A stretch of DNA of 56,550 nt from a virus (IMGVR_UViG_3300037493_003812:1-56550), one strand, 5' to 3'. Positions 18,540 to 27,826 are shown, counted from the first letter of the stretch. Numbers and translations: made by a program. The notes: generated by a model not told the origin, from the letters alone.

Positions 18540-18743
18540 CTAGGTCACGTTGATAGCGTGACCGCAGTCACAGCACGAAGTCCGTCCCAGATGGGGAACA
18601 CGCAATCGTACCCCGCAATTAGGACAATTAATCTCAAAAGGTCCGCCATCAGGAATGGCCTCGGCAACCTTCCGTAGTCCCGCTGCCGCCAATCGTGTTC
18701 CAATTGCGGCAATCAATAACTTACCTGCCCATGAAAGTCTCAT
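18540..18743 (-). CDS. Small helix plus Zn-ribbon protein
   Basis: MRLSWAGKLLIAAIG...CPNCG...CCDCG; GGGGAGGGG upstream. Confidence 0.65.
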   Translation of the reverse strand: MRLSWAGKLLIAAIGTRLAAAGLRKVAEAIPDGGPFEINCPNCGVRLRVPHLGRTSCCDCGHAINVT

Positions 18744-18828
18744 AAACCCCTCCCCGCTTTCTACCGTCTTCCGACGAGACTCAGTACCACAATCAATATA
18801 AACCAATAAGCCATTTTTGGCTCACTCC

Positions 18829-19128
18829 TCAGTCCGGATAAGACTTCGAATTCCAGCGAACAGTCTTCCAGCGACCCTTAGACTTCTCTGCAACATAGGC
18901 GTTCACAAAATCGTAGACCGTGTAAAACGTTGCGCCATGGTCGCCCCCCTCGCAGTACGGATTACATTCCACAAACGCTCGGAGACCATCCAGCGCAAAC
19001 TTCTGCACCGTCTTAGGATTCTTGGAACAAATCAGGTGGGAGTCATACGTCTGGCCATACGGGCCCGGATAAATCTCTCGGACAGACCCACCATACTGAA
19101 ATTCGATGCGGAGCTTGGAATTAGACAT
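18829..19128 (-). CDS. Hypothetical protein
   Basis: ORF in the operon orientation. Confidence 0.6.
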   Translation of the reverse strand: MSNSKLRIEFQYGGSVREIYPGPYGQTYDSHLICSKNPKTVQKFALDGLRAFVECNPYCEGGDHGATFYTVYDFVNAYVAEKSKGRWKTVRWNSKSYPD

Positions 19129-19145
19129 TTTCTTTTATCTCTTAC

Positions 19146-19346
19146 TTAGTTCTGATACTTGAATTGACGAACGATGACATTGGTGACCCACTTAACGTCC
19201 TCAGGACTGTCCGAAAACGAAAGCAGATACCGCCGCTCGTATTCGCTGATATCCGTGTCCTGAACCGTGACCTCAAATGGTGTGCCCATGACATACATCG
19301 TCACGACCTGACCCTTGACCAAAAGCTTTTCGATATCACCGATCAT
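19146..19346 (-). CDS. Small hypothetical protein
   Basis: ATGA coupling to 19343..19531. Confidence 0.55.
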   Translation of the reverse strand: MIGDIEKLLVKGQVVTMYVMGTPFEVTVQDTDISEYERRYLLSFSDSPEDVKWVTNVIVRQFKYQN

Positions 19347-19531
19347 GGCGCACTCCCGTCCACACGCACAATGCGCTCCGCCGTCCAACGAATCACTTCC
19401 ACAAGATTCACAGAATCCGGAAATTCCCGGTCCATGACATTGGACTGTACCTCGTCAAGATTCTCAGCCTCGGTCGTCCAGTTGTAAAGCTGGCCCTGGC
19501 ACTCATACTGCACGGTGTAAACGTTTCGCAT
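19343..19531 (-). CDS. Small beta-beta-alpha-beta family protein (YTVxY..G..A..EA)
   Basis: Paralog of 19596, 19954, 20235, 20470; promoter 19558-19586. Confidence 0.6.
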   Translation of the reverse strand: MRNVYTVQYECQGQLYNWTTEAENLDEVQSNVMDREFPDSVNLVEVIRWTAERIVRVDGSAP

Positions 19532-19595
19532 CTTCTTCGCTTCGTCTTTCTATACTCAGTATACCAAATAATTAGTCTAATTTAAACCAATTAAT

Positions 19596-19778
19596 TCAAA
19601 AAGAATCGACAGGCGGACGCTTACGCTTCGGAGGCTTCACGGTAGCAATCGTGATACGCTTACTGAACCCTTGAAGTTCTGCGAGAAAGGTTGCCTTGGC
19701 CGCATCAGCGTCGATACCACGCCGGGCCACGGTGAAGGTCTGACCATCATAGGTATACGTAATCGTGTAAAACTTCAT
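19596..19778 (-). CDS. Small beta-beta-alpha-beta family protein
   Basis: MKFYTITYTYDGQTF. Confidence 0.65.
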   Translation of the reverse strand: MKFYTITYTYDGQTFTVARRGIDADAAKATFLAELQGFSKRITIATVKPPKRKRPPVDSF

Positions 19779-19961
19779 TTATCGAACATCCGTGTGACGA
19801 ACATCACCAATAAAACCATAATCGTGCGTGGTTACATCGAAGTATACGCCATCCTTGGTCACCCATGGGTCCGTCAAAATGACGGCAGGGACCCAACCCG
19901 CATCAGTGCGAACTTCGACCTGATCCCTTGAATGTAGCTTCGCCGCATCACGCTTACGCAT
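19779..19961 (-). CDS. Small hypothetical protein (60 aa)
   Basis: MRKRDAAKLHSRDQV; 3' part of the longer listed ORF. Confidence 0.55.
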   Translation of the reverse strand: MRKRDAAKLHSRDQVEVRTDAGWVPAVILTDPWVTKDGVYFDVTTHDYGFIGDVRHTDVR

Positions 19962-20166
19962 ACTCAGACTCCCTGAAAATCCCGACCACACCCGACGTGC
20001 GGGGCTTACCCATTCGATCCGACTGCCAGATACAGATGATCGGACCAGAGGAACCAAGGCCACGCTGACGACCAGCAATCTCAGCCTCACTAATGGAGGA
20101 AGCCTGCAAAGTGTGCGTACCGTAATGTCCGGTATCCGTGCGGAATGTAATCGTGTAGTGGTTCAT
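19954..20166 (-). CDS. Small beta-beta-alpha-beta family protein
   Basis: MNHYTITF; own promoter. Confidence 0.6.
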   Translation of the reverse strand: MNHYTITFRTDTGHYGTHTLQASSISEAEIAGRQRGLGSSGPIICIWQSDRMGKPRTSGVVGIFRESEYA

Positions 20167-20234
20167 CGTTTCGCTTTCTTTATACAGTATATCGGGTTTT
20201 GAGCAGAATTTAAAGTAATAAGCCGGCGATTATT

Positions 20235-20399
20235 TCAGAGAAATACGGTCACGGCCTCCAGGAAAACATCGAGGATTTCGACGTTCTGCCCGGTGCTGGC
20301 GTAAGCAAACAGCTTCCGTGCCTCAGTCAGCGAGGTTGCCCGAACATCGCCCCAATACTTCCGTCCATCGAAAGAATACAGCACCGTGTAGGTCTTCAT
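20235..20399 (-). CDS. Small beta-beta-alpha-beta family protein (54 aa, not in ORF track)
   Basis: MKTYTVLYSFDGRKYWGDVRATSLTEARKLF...GQNVEILDV; promoter 20425-20453. Confidence 0.75.
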   Translation of the reverse strand: MKTYTVLYSFDGRKYWGDVRATSLTEARKLFAYASTGQNVEILDVFLEAVTVFL

Positions 20400-20469
20400 C
20401 GTCGTCGTTTCGCTTTCTTTACTTAGTATACCAGGTTTTGAACTGAATTTAAAGTGATTAAAATTTAAT

Positions 20470-20646
20470 TCAGCGAGCTACCGTGAGCACGGTCTCCACG
20501 GATACGTCCAAAATCTGGACGTTCTGACCACGGTGGGCGGCAAGAAATGCACGGCGGGCTTCAATGTGCGTCTTAGCGTCAACGTCACCCCAATACTTCT
20601 GTCCATCAAACGTGTAAAGGACCGAGAAATATTTCATCATCGTCAT
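20470..20646 (-). CDS. Small beta-beta-alpha-beta family protein (58 aa, not in ORF track)
   Basis: MKYFSVLYTFDGQKYWGDV..EARRAF...GQNVQILDV; close paralog of 20235..20399. Confidence 0.75.
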   Translation of the reverse strand: MTMMKYFSVLYTFDGQKYWGDVDAKTHIEARRAFLAAHRGQNVQILDVSVETVLTVAR

Positions 20647-20744
20647 CGTCTCGCTTTCTTTACTTAGTATATCAAAGAAATAGACCTTTTTAACCCAATA
20701 TTATCAAAATATTCACAATCTTCTAAGTGCTTGATATTACAAGC

Positions 20745-20776
20745 AAAAACCCCAGACTATTTCTAGCTGGGGTTTT
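20745..20776. terminator. Intrinsic terminator
   Basis: AAAACCCCAG/CTGGGGTTTT stem. Confidence 0.7.
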
Positions 20777-20809
20777 CGTCTAGCAGGTGGAAAGTGTGCG
20801 TCGAGGTGC

Positions 20810-21982
20810 TCAGGCGTCAAGCTGAATAGGGGCAGCGCCCTCGGGCCCACCAGCGAGATTCTGCTCGGCTAACTTCATTTGTGCCTCCGCTTGCTCATTG
20901 AGCGATGCTACCATACGGTTGTAGCTCTCTACAAAGCCGGGACTGAGCGTAAGGAAACGAGAGTCCTCAGGGTGAGGCTCTACTACCATTGTTCGCATGT
21001 GGTCAACTAAATTAGTTCCCGTGAGAAGCGAAAGTTGAACGAGCTCCCTGACCATTCCGATTACATTGTCATCTAACTTATATAGTTTTGGTTTAAACTC
21101 AGTCGTTTCTGTTTTTACTTGTTCGTCAGTCATTTTCTTTTCCCTAGTAAGTTTATGAGAGGCTTTATGACAGTCCGTGCAAAGGGTAATTCCATTGCTT
21201 GTGTCCCATAATAAAGAACATTGTATTGCATCTTCAATTGTTTGTATATGATATTCTTCTTTTATGATAGCAAAATGCTTAATATGATGACAGTGCAGAT
21301 CGTTACGTTTTAGTTGACACATTTGACAACGATAACTGTCTCGTTTAAAACACTCATTTCTCCATAAGTCATATTCACTGCAATGTCGGATTAACAAATT
21401 TAATGAAGTTACGCCACCCTTCCAAGCGTGATTATCTTCCCCACGTTTGGCATTAGCTCTTATTTTAGCTTTATGTTCTTCGCTAAGTGGTTTTCCTCTG
21501 TGGGAATCCCCTATTTTCTTTTTTATTTTTTCTGTTCGAACATAAGTTACTCTACCAACTAGAGTCGCAGAAATTTTATCTCTCACATCTTGTGATACAG
21601 TTTTACCTTCATGTCCTTTTGATATAGCCGCTCTAGTTTCAGCAGAAAGATGCTTACCATAATTTGGATGGTTTTCACCACGTCGAAGATCAGAAAGTTT
21701 CTGTTTAAGCTCTGGAGAAGCTTTGCATCCTCGATGCTTGGCCGCTATTTTTTCTTTCGTCTCGTCAGAACAGTGACGACCATAATTTGGGCTATCTTGT
21801 CCGCTCTTGCCATACATAGCATTATTTTCACCAGAGCTTGCACAGGACCTGCAACTTTTCCCACTTTTATTAGCGTTATATAATGCTTTTTTGCAAGAGT
21901 ATGACATGACTTTATCGCATGTAGGGCAATTGCGAATAAACGCAATTGTTTGCTCTGTTAGTGCAGGTTGCTCGTCAATCAT
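20810..21982 (-). CDS. NUMOD3-repeat HNH homing endonuclease fused in-frame to a 107-aa hypothetical protein (internal ATG 21133)
   Basis: Repeated HSxETKxKIS motifs, RDSYRCQMC..HCHH..NGITLCTDCH; distinct C-terminal MTDEQV... domain. Confidence 0.8.
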   Translation of the reverse strand: MIDEQPALTEQTIAFIRNCPTCDKVMSYSCKKALYNANKSGKSCRSCASSGENNAMYGKSGQDSPNYGRHCSDETKEKIAAKHRGCKASPELKQKLSDLRRGENHPNYGKHLSAETRAAISKGHEGKTVSQDVRDKISATLVGRVTYVRTEKIKKKIGDSHRGKPLSEEHKAKIRANAKRGEDNHAWKGGVTSLNLLIRHCSEYDLWRNECFKRDSYRCQMCQLKRNDLHCHHIKHFAIIKEEYHIQTIEDAIQCSLLWDTSNGITLCTDCHKASHKLTREKKMTDEQVKTETTEFKPKLYKLDDNVIGMVRELVQLSLLTGTNLVDHMRTMVVEPHPEDSRFLTLSPGFVESYNRMVASLNEQAEAQMKLAEQNLAGGPEGAAPIQLDA

Positions 21983-22091
21983 ATCACGTCTATTGCATAC
22001 AATGAACTGTATAAATTATAACAGCGTAGATAAATATAATTACGCCCCAGACCGGGTCTTTTTCATCTGAATCCATATGATTAACTATTAT

Positions 22092-22247
22092 TCAATTAAA
22101 GACGCTGATATAGATTATGCCGGCCAATGCAACAACAGCATAGACAATCCCTTGCATAACCATATAATTAATATTATCTTGCTGATTCTCTTGAACTGAG
22201 GCCGCATGTGAATTGAAACGTTTTTGAGCCAGCGTTAGTTTTCTCAT
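22092..22247 (-). CDS. Small membrane protein (51 aa)
   Basis: Hand translation, C-terminal hydrophobic helix, AAGGA RBS. Confidence 0.5.
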   Translation of the reverse strand: MRKLTLAQKRFNSHAASVQENQQDNINYMVMQGIVYAVVALAGIIYISVFN

Positions 22248-22386
22248 AATTTATTCCTTTTCCAGGGCAAAAAACGATGCCGATATCTATTCTATCAATC
22301 GGCACGTCCTTTTATAATTAGCCGGCTACATTTAAATATTCCTATAATATTTTAATGCTATCATAAAGCCCTAGCAAAATAAGGGT

Positions 22387-23397
22387 TTACAGATGGGCAG
22401 CGATGAAGCAACCTCTGGCTACTGCATGCAACGGATCAGCGGCATGACGAACTTCCTTGATATCACAAGGGAACTCATTCTCTTCAAGCTTCTTAGCAAA
22501 AGTCTCGACAAAGCCCTTGGCCTGCGAAGTGCCTCCACCAACTACAATCGGTAGAGCATTCTTGAACTTTGGGAGGTCCTTATGATTAGTAAGAGCCGCC
22601 GCTAGCTGTTTAGTCGTATAATCAATCAATCGCTCATAGTAAGCTGAAACAGCCGCAAGAATTTGATTGTCATTCGGTTGACCAATGACAAACTCGCCTG
22701 ACTCCTTCTCAGATTGAACCACGCTATCCGTTTGGCCAGTGGCGACCGCTGACATTCTATCAATCCAGTCGCCGCTCTTTGTTGTAGAGAACGTCAGGAC
22801 TGGTTCGCCTGTAAGCATAACACAAACGTTAACCATTCCAGCTCCCCAAGAGAGAGCAACACCTGTATAGTCATCCTTCTCTAACTCAGAGTAGCAAAGT
22901 GCTTCTGCTTCGTTAATAGACTTAGGTTCATAGCCCAGTTCCGCCAGGACCTTCTTTACTACGTCCTCATGATAGCCAACGTCAAACTCTTCATCCTCTT
23001 GATCGATGGGCTGTGCGGGGATACAGAAGACAATTTTCTCACCAGGTTCAGCCGCTGGTGTAGTGACCTCTTTAAGAATATAGGTGAGGATTTTACGAGC
23101 ATCCTTTTCTTTACTGGAAACTACACCACGAAACATAGGACGCTTAACGCTATCATTACGTTCTACGGCTTTCTCGATGGCATCTTTACCGAGGATAATG
23201 AAAGAACCATCGGAGTCTTTAACGAAGGTCTTACCTGCGAGACCTTTTTCAATCATTTTGGCAGCGATTGGAGTGGCCGGCTTAATGATGTAAAATGCGT
23301 CTCTAAAATCCTTATATTGAACGGTGCCGTCATCCTGCTCACTGGCTAAGACCACGAAACTAGTTCCTACGTCTAGACCTTTTCCTAATTTAGTCAT
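22387..23397 (-). CDS. Actin-fold ATPase (MreB/ParM/FtsA-like)
   Basis: Phosphate-1 GLDVGTS, connect INEAEA, phosphate-2 SWGAG, adenosine VGGGTS motifs. Confidence 0.85.
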   Translation of the reverse strand: MTKLGKGLDVGTSFVVLASEQDDGTVQYKDFRDAFYIIKPATPIAAKMIEKGLAGKTFVKDSDGSFIILGKDAIEKAVERNDSVKRPMFRGVVSSKEKDARKILTYILKEVTTPAAEPGEKIVFCIPAQPIDQEDEEFDVGYHEDVVKKVLAELGYEPKSINEAEALCYSELEKDDYTGVALSWGAGMVNVCVMLTGEPVLTFSTTKSGDWIDRMSAVATGQTDSVVQSEKESGEFVIGQPNDNQILAAVSAYYERLIDYTTKQLAAALTNHKDLPKFKNALPIVVGGGTSQAKGFVETFAKKLEENEFPCDIKEVRHAADPLHAVARGCFIAAHL

Positions 23398-23428
23398 TGG
23401 TGTTTTCTTTCTCATTGATTACTTTCTG

Positions 23429-23842
23429 CTATCTATTCTTTAACATTGACAGTTTAGAGACATTCGCACTTAATTCGTTATCCGTGACGGTCGTTGTTGT
23501 TCCTAGTTCGGTAGCAAACTTCTTCTCTAGACTATCAGTTTTTAGTTCAGATATAAACTTTCTATCGTCAATTTCTATTTTGGGTTTACTGAAAACTGCC
23601 GGATCACCATAACGAGGCATTGATTGATAACTTATCTGCTCAATAGGAGCATTTTTAGATTTAGTCGTTAGATAGTCGGCAAGAGCATCTATTACTAAAT
23701 GAAGGTCCTGTGAAGACTTCATTGGTGGTCTTACAGAAAAGTCTTGTTTAGCCGGCAATAACTTCTTCGCTATATCATTCAGCCGGGCTATAATATAACC
23801 CAAACTAAACACAACGAAATAACTAGAAATTAACAATGCCAT
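23429..23842 (-). CDS. Membrane-anchored hypothetical protein
   Basis: N-terminal TM helix, directly upstream of the actin-like gene. Confidence 0.65.
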   Translation of the reverse strand: MALLISSYFVVFSLGYIIARLNDIAKKLLPAKQDFSVRPPMKSSQDLHLVIDALADYLTTKSKNAPIEQISYQSMPRYGDPAVFSKPKIEIDDRKFISELKTDSLEKKFATELGTTTTVTDNELSANVSKLSMLKNR

Positions 23843-23857
23843 TTATTTATATATTGC

Positions 23858-24343
23858 TCACTCAGTAGATTTAGCAAAACGCTCTCTATAACAACTTTCA
23901 TGCACTACCGGATTCCCAGATTCCAATACTTCTTTCGTTACTGGCATATCCAGTGGCTTATTACAGATAGCACATGATACAACGCTGTCATGCTGTTCTT
24001 TAGCCGCCGCAATTCGCCGAGCTAGCATCTCAGCGTGCCCTAATCCGCTTTCTACTGGTTCACTATCTTTCTGGAGTCCTAGAAGACCATAGCCAATGAT
24101 ATCCGACCAGGCATCAATCTTTCCTTCATTAACAGGAAGATTACTGGCATTACCTATTCGCTTAAGTTTATCGAAGATACGAACAATGCAAAGCGCATCC
24201 GTATAAGCATCAGCTGGAATTCCATTAGGATAAATCAGTTTAAGAAACTCTCCGCTGACGTTAAAGGAATTACCATATTGCTTGTTTTTGCTATCAACAA
24301 GTTTCCCGATTTTGGTTGCTAATTTCTCATACTTGTCGCTCAT
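23858..24343 (-). CDS. DUF1599 / nucleotide-modification-associated domain (MazG-like) protein
   Basis: KNKQYGNSF..RIFDKLKRI..DAWSDIIGY. Confidence 0.75.
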   Translation of the reverse strand: MSDKYEKLATKIGKLVDSKNKQYGNSFNVSGEFLKLIYPNGIPADAYTDALCIVRIFDKLKRIGNASNLPVNEGKIDAWSDIIGYGLLGLQKDSEPVESGLGHAEMLARRIAAAKEQHDSVVSCAICNKPLDMPVTKEVLESGNPVVHESCYRERFAKSTE

Positions 24344-24345
24344 AT

Positions 24346-24561
24346 TCAGTCTTCTTTCTTCTTGTTTTTAGCTTTCAGCTTATCTTCAATGGCAAGAGTT
24401 CGTTCTACACACGTCATCTCATCCTTACAAGCCCAAATATCAATATAACCCTCTTCCCTGTCAATCAGTGCAGTTCCTCGTTGAAGCTTATTCTCTTCTC
24501 CGACCGTCTTGCACCATTGACATGGATGCTTCGCTTTTGTGTTCTTTTTAATTGCCGGCAT
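24346..24561 (-). CDS. Small Cys-containing hypothetical protein
   Basis: CQWC...C....C. Confidence 0.55.
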   Translation of the reverse strand: MPAIKKNTKAKHPCQWCKTVGEENKLQRGTALIDREEGYIDIWACKDEMTCVERTLAIEDKLKAKNKKKED

Positions 24562-24566
24562 AATAG

Positions 24567-26381
24567 CTATTCCCTTGGACTCGTAATATTACCATTTTCA
24601 TCCACAAAACCAAATGCTCTAAGCGTATGCTCAAATGGCTTTCCTTCAATCGAAGCAACCTGCTTAAGCATTTCTCCCGCTATCTCCCTAATTTCCAGCT
24701 GAGCATGCTTCGAATACCTGAGATTAAGGAAATGAGCAAAACTTCTAAAATTAAACATAACATCAATCGTTAGCTGATTCCCATAGGGTAGATATAGTCG
24801 AGCACTTTCCTTCGCTCGCTTTCTGTCCATACCACTAGCCACTAACCGTCCTAGACATTCGTGATAAGCTTTTAGACTATTCTCCATATGCTCGACGTAT
24901 CTAGCAACCTCTACGTTGTTCCAGTCCTGTGGAACGTAATACTTGTCATCCTTAAGTTCCTTATATCGAGCACTATTATGAACGACAACCCCGTTTGCTA
25001 CAAAATTTTTCCATTTACCAGCTATTTCAATATCAAAAGTTTTTTCCTCTTTTAACTCTTCAATTGACACAATTTTAGAATAATTCGCAGACAGTTTTTT
25101 CCCAATTCTTTTTTTTCTAGGCTTCCAGCAAGGCTTGAATTCTTCACTCAATACTTTATCTGCGAAAGATTTTTCTATCTCTTCTGTTTTGTGTATAGAG
25201 TGATGACAATTTTCACAAACAGTTATTAAGTTGTTAAATTCATATGCCAAATTTTCATCGGCGCCGACAGGAACAATGTGATGGGCGTGTAATGTAGAAC
25301 TTCCATTACCACACTCTTGGCATGTCCAATTAAACTTTTCATGAACACGCCGGGCATTTCTAGTTGTCCAAACTCCTATCAAGGATCTCTCCTTTGTTAT
25401 TCCACCCCTCCAAAAATGTGATTTGGATCCGGAGCTTGCTTTCCCTTGTGCTCGGCGTATTTGTAAACTCTCTTCGCTTAAATTTAAGGTGTATCCTTTG
25501 ATATTTTTATTCCAAGGGATACCCTCCTTTTTAAAATCCTTATTTAAATCAAGCTTAAAAAGAGCTTTGTGTATGTACCCCCACTTCTTACAAAGTTCAT
25601 ATTTTATTCCAGACTTTAACGCAAATTCTTTCATTGTAAATTCGTGAGACTGTGCAAAGTATTCAGGAAACGTCCAAGGACGGGAAGGAACATGTGTTTT
25701 AATGCCGTTTGTGGCGACCTCGACACCTACCCGAAGTGTTTTATCGGAAATAGTTGACCACCCATTTCGTGTATATACCCTATGATCTTTTGAGCACTTT
25801 AACACTTTTCCATCTGATAGCGTTATTTTATAAACCAATTTTTGGCCAGAGCAAGTAATGTCCTTAACGTGCGAATATTCGAAAACATTTGTTTCTTCAT
25901 TTAAGACACGAATTTTCATTCGTTGTAATCTTTTTCTTTGATAATCAATCTCTGCCTTAGATGTTGAATTGTTGCGACCAGTATTCCATTTCTGGTATAA
26001 ATCTTCAATTTTAAAACGAAGCTTCGGAGTGGCCTGATCGTTGGTGTTAACGAATGTTATTTCGCTTGAACCATCCAAACATTCACTATTGATAGAGACC
26101 CCAATTCTATGTTTTAGCAAATGAATATGGGAATCCAAAGAGGTGGTGGCTAGAAAATGAAGGCTACTCTTCTCAAAGGGAGAGTGATGATTATTTTCAG
26201 CCAGCATCTTTAGAAGAGCTGGAATACGAGCTACTTTTTCTGGCGTAAGTTCTCTTGAAGTGGAGGTCCACGCAGAACACGCATGTTCACTATCGCCACC
26301 GTAGGTTCCAAGAATTTCGACAGTATTTTGATGTGCTAATTTAATTGCTGTAGTCATTGGTCTATTATAGAATGCCGGCAT
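24567..26381 (-). CDS. thyX: Flavin-dependent thymidylate synthase with intein
   Basis: HHSPFE, KHRIGVSINSE|SARY, KESARLYLP, NFRSFAHFLNLR..HAQLEIR. Confidence 0.92.
   Translation of the reverse strand: MPAFYNRPMTTAIKLAHQNTVEILGTYGGDSEHACSAWTSTSRELTPEKVARIPALLKMLAENNHHSPFEKSSLHFLATTSLDSHIHLLKHRIGVSINSECLDGSSEITFVNTNDQATPKLRFKIEDLYQKWNTGRNNSTSKAEIDYQRKRLQRMKIRVLNEETNVFEYSHVKDITCSGQKLVYKITLSDGKVLKCSKDHRVYTRNGWSTISDKTLRVGVEVATNGIKTHVPSRPWTFPEYFAQSHEFTMKEFALKSGIKYELCKKWGYIHKALFKLDLNKDFKKEGIPWNKNIKGYTLNLSEESLQIRRAQGKASSGSKSHFWRGGITKERSLIGVWTTRNARRVHEKFNWTCQECGNGSSTLHAHHIVPVGADENLAYEFNNLITVCENCHHSIHKTEEIEKSFADKVLSEEFKPCWKPRKKRIGKKLSANYSKIVSIEELKEEKTFDIEIAGKWKNFVANGVVVHNSARYKELKDDKYYVPQDWNNVEVARYVEHMENSLKAYHECLGRLVASGMDRKRAKESARLYLPYGNQLTIDVMFNFRSFAHFLNLRYSKHAQLEIREIAGEMLKQVASIEGKPFEHTLRAFGFVDENGNITSPRE
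24975..26081 (-). mobile_element. Intein (369 aa) carrying an HNH endonuclease
   Basis: CLDGSSEI start, CSKDHRV block B, CQECG..HAHH..NLITVCENCH, NFVANGVVVHN followed by Ser. Confidence 0.9.
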
Positions 26382-26396
26382 TAAAAGATATACCGA

Positions 26397-26744
26397 CTAG
26401 ACAACTTCTATTGTTTCAATTTCCTCAGCTAATAAAGTATAAACCCGCTCACGTCTCTCCCCATTACGAACCTTAAAACAACCAATTTCTAATAATAATA
26501 AACCATTAAGATTTTTCTTCAAGAGGATGGTACCAATAAGTTGCCGGCTTTCTAAATCATCCTCATCAAATCTTAAACTCATCGAACCACTCGGATCAAT
26601 AAATCCACTCTTCTTTGGATCCCTAAACTTCAATCTAGCCGTTGAACCAATCTGTAACTTAGCTAACTGCTCCCTCATGGAAACTGTCTTCTTTGGTGTC
26701 TTCTTAAAGAAGCTCAGAAAATTGTTCATAACTAATGATGGCAT
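26397..26744 (-). CDS. Hypothetical protein
   Basis: 115-aa ORF upstream of thyX. Confidence 0.55.
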   Translation of the reverse strand: MPSLVMNNFLSFFKKTPKKTVSMREQLAKLQIGSTARLKFRDPKKSGFIDPSGSMSLRFDEDDLESRQLIGTILLKKNLNGLLLLEIGCFKVRNGERRERVYTLLAEEIETIEVV

Positions 26745-26772
26745 AAGAATATTCTACAGCATACTTATCATC

Positions 26773-27573
26773 ATGAAAAATTTATTAGAGCATTTTATCA
26801 ATCTTGAAATTAAAAAGTTATTAGCCGAAGGCCAAGTAGAAAAACGTAAGCTAAATCTTGGTGAAATCGTAACTAAATTCAAAAACAAGACATTCATCTT
26901 TTTTGATACAGAAACAACCGGACTTGATCCAAAAAGAGATTTCGCTCTAATCACTGAAATAGCAGGCATCGCCTATAATAGCAATACCGGCGAATGTCTC
27001 GGTGAATACAATGCTAAATCTAGATTGACAGAACCAGTCTACTCAAGAATGAAACACGAAAAAGAAGAGCAGGTCGCCGGAAACTGGCCGCCAACTAAAC
27101 CAACAATCGAAGATATCTTCAAAATGACCAACTACTACGAACAGTCAGCCCCATATGTTCACGAAGAACAATTACTAACAGAATTCGTTGACTTCGTAAA
27201 TGACTTCGCTGATAAATCTCCAATATTAGTCGCTCATAATGCCCGCTTTGATATGTATTATATCGGTAAAGCCTTAAGCCGCCACAAACTTCCAAGAATG
27301 TATCGCTACCCTGTTCTAGACACCAAAGCTCTCACACAGAATTACCTCTTTCCACTCCTCACTAAACTACAAAATAGCAAAGACCCAGAAGTTCAAAAAC
27401 TCTTAGTCTCACTTAGACCAGCCAAAAAATTCATGAACCGACTCGGCAATCTAGGCGACGGCTTTGAAATCTCTACTGAACATTGGCACTCAGCTATAGC
27501 CGATACTGAACAATTGGCCGGTATTCTCGCCGCTATTATCAGCTTCATGGATAGACATCAAGACTCAGTTTGA
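26773..27573 (+). CDS. DEDDh 3'-5' exonuclease (DnaQ-like)
   Basis: FFDTETTG, AHNARFD, LDT, HSAIAD; start at ATG 26773 after ATACTTA. Confidence 0.85.
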   Translation: MKNLLEHFINLEIKKLLAEGQVEKRKLNLGEIVTKFKNKTFIFFDTETTGLDPKRDFALITEIAGIAYNSNTGECLGEYNAKSRLTEPVYSRMKHEKEEQVAGNWPPTKPTIEDIFKMTNYYEQSAPYVHEEQLLTEFVDFVNDFADKSPILVAHNARFDMYYIGKALSRHKLPRMYRYPVLDTKALTQNYLFPLLTKLQNSKDPEVQKLLVSLRPAKKFMNRLGNLGDGFEISTEHWHSAIADTEQLAGILAAIISFMDRHQDSV

Positions 27574-27782
27574 TTAGCCTCTAACTCAGCTATTTTCTTT
27601 CTTAATTCGTCAATTTCGTCAAAAAGAAGATTAATAGCTATATCGGCAGGCCCAGATTTATATCTTGCCGTCTTTCGAATCCTGGCTTCCCACTTGTCAT
27701 CAAACGTAATACCCATTATTTCTCCGTTATAAGTGTGTTGTTCATCTCGTAATACGTATGGCACTCCCGGGATATTTCGCAA
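27558..27782 (-). CDS. Small hypothetical protein
   Basis: ORF with coiled-coil end; start uncertain. Confidence 0.4.
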   Translation of the reverse strand: MRNIPGVPYVLRDEQHTYNGEIMGITFDDKWEARIRKTARYKSGPADIAINLLFDEIDELRKKIAELEANQTES

Positions 27783-27791
27783 CCCAAATAC

Positions 27792-27826
27792 AAAAAGGCC
27801 CGGTCATTTTACTGACCGGGCCTTTT
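27792..27826. terminator. Bidirectional intrinsic terminator
   Basis: AAAAGGCCCGGTCA/TGACCGGGCCTTTT. Confidence 0.85.

Noticed and set aside
26527-26772. N-terminal extension of the exonuclease ORF
   Set aside because: Overlaps the opposite-strand gene 26397..26744; better start at 26773 after ATACTTA
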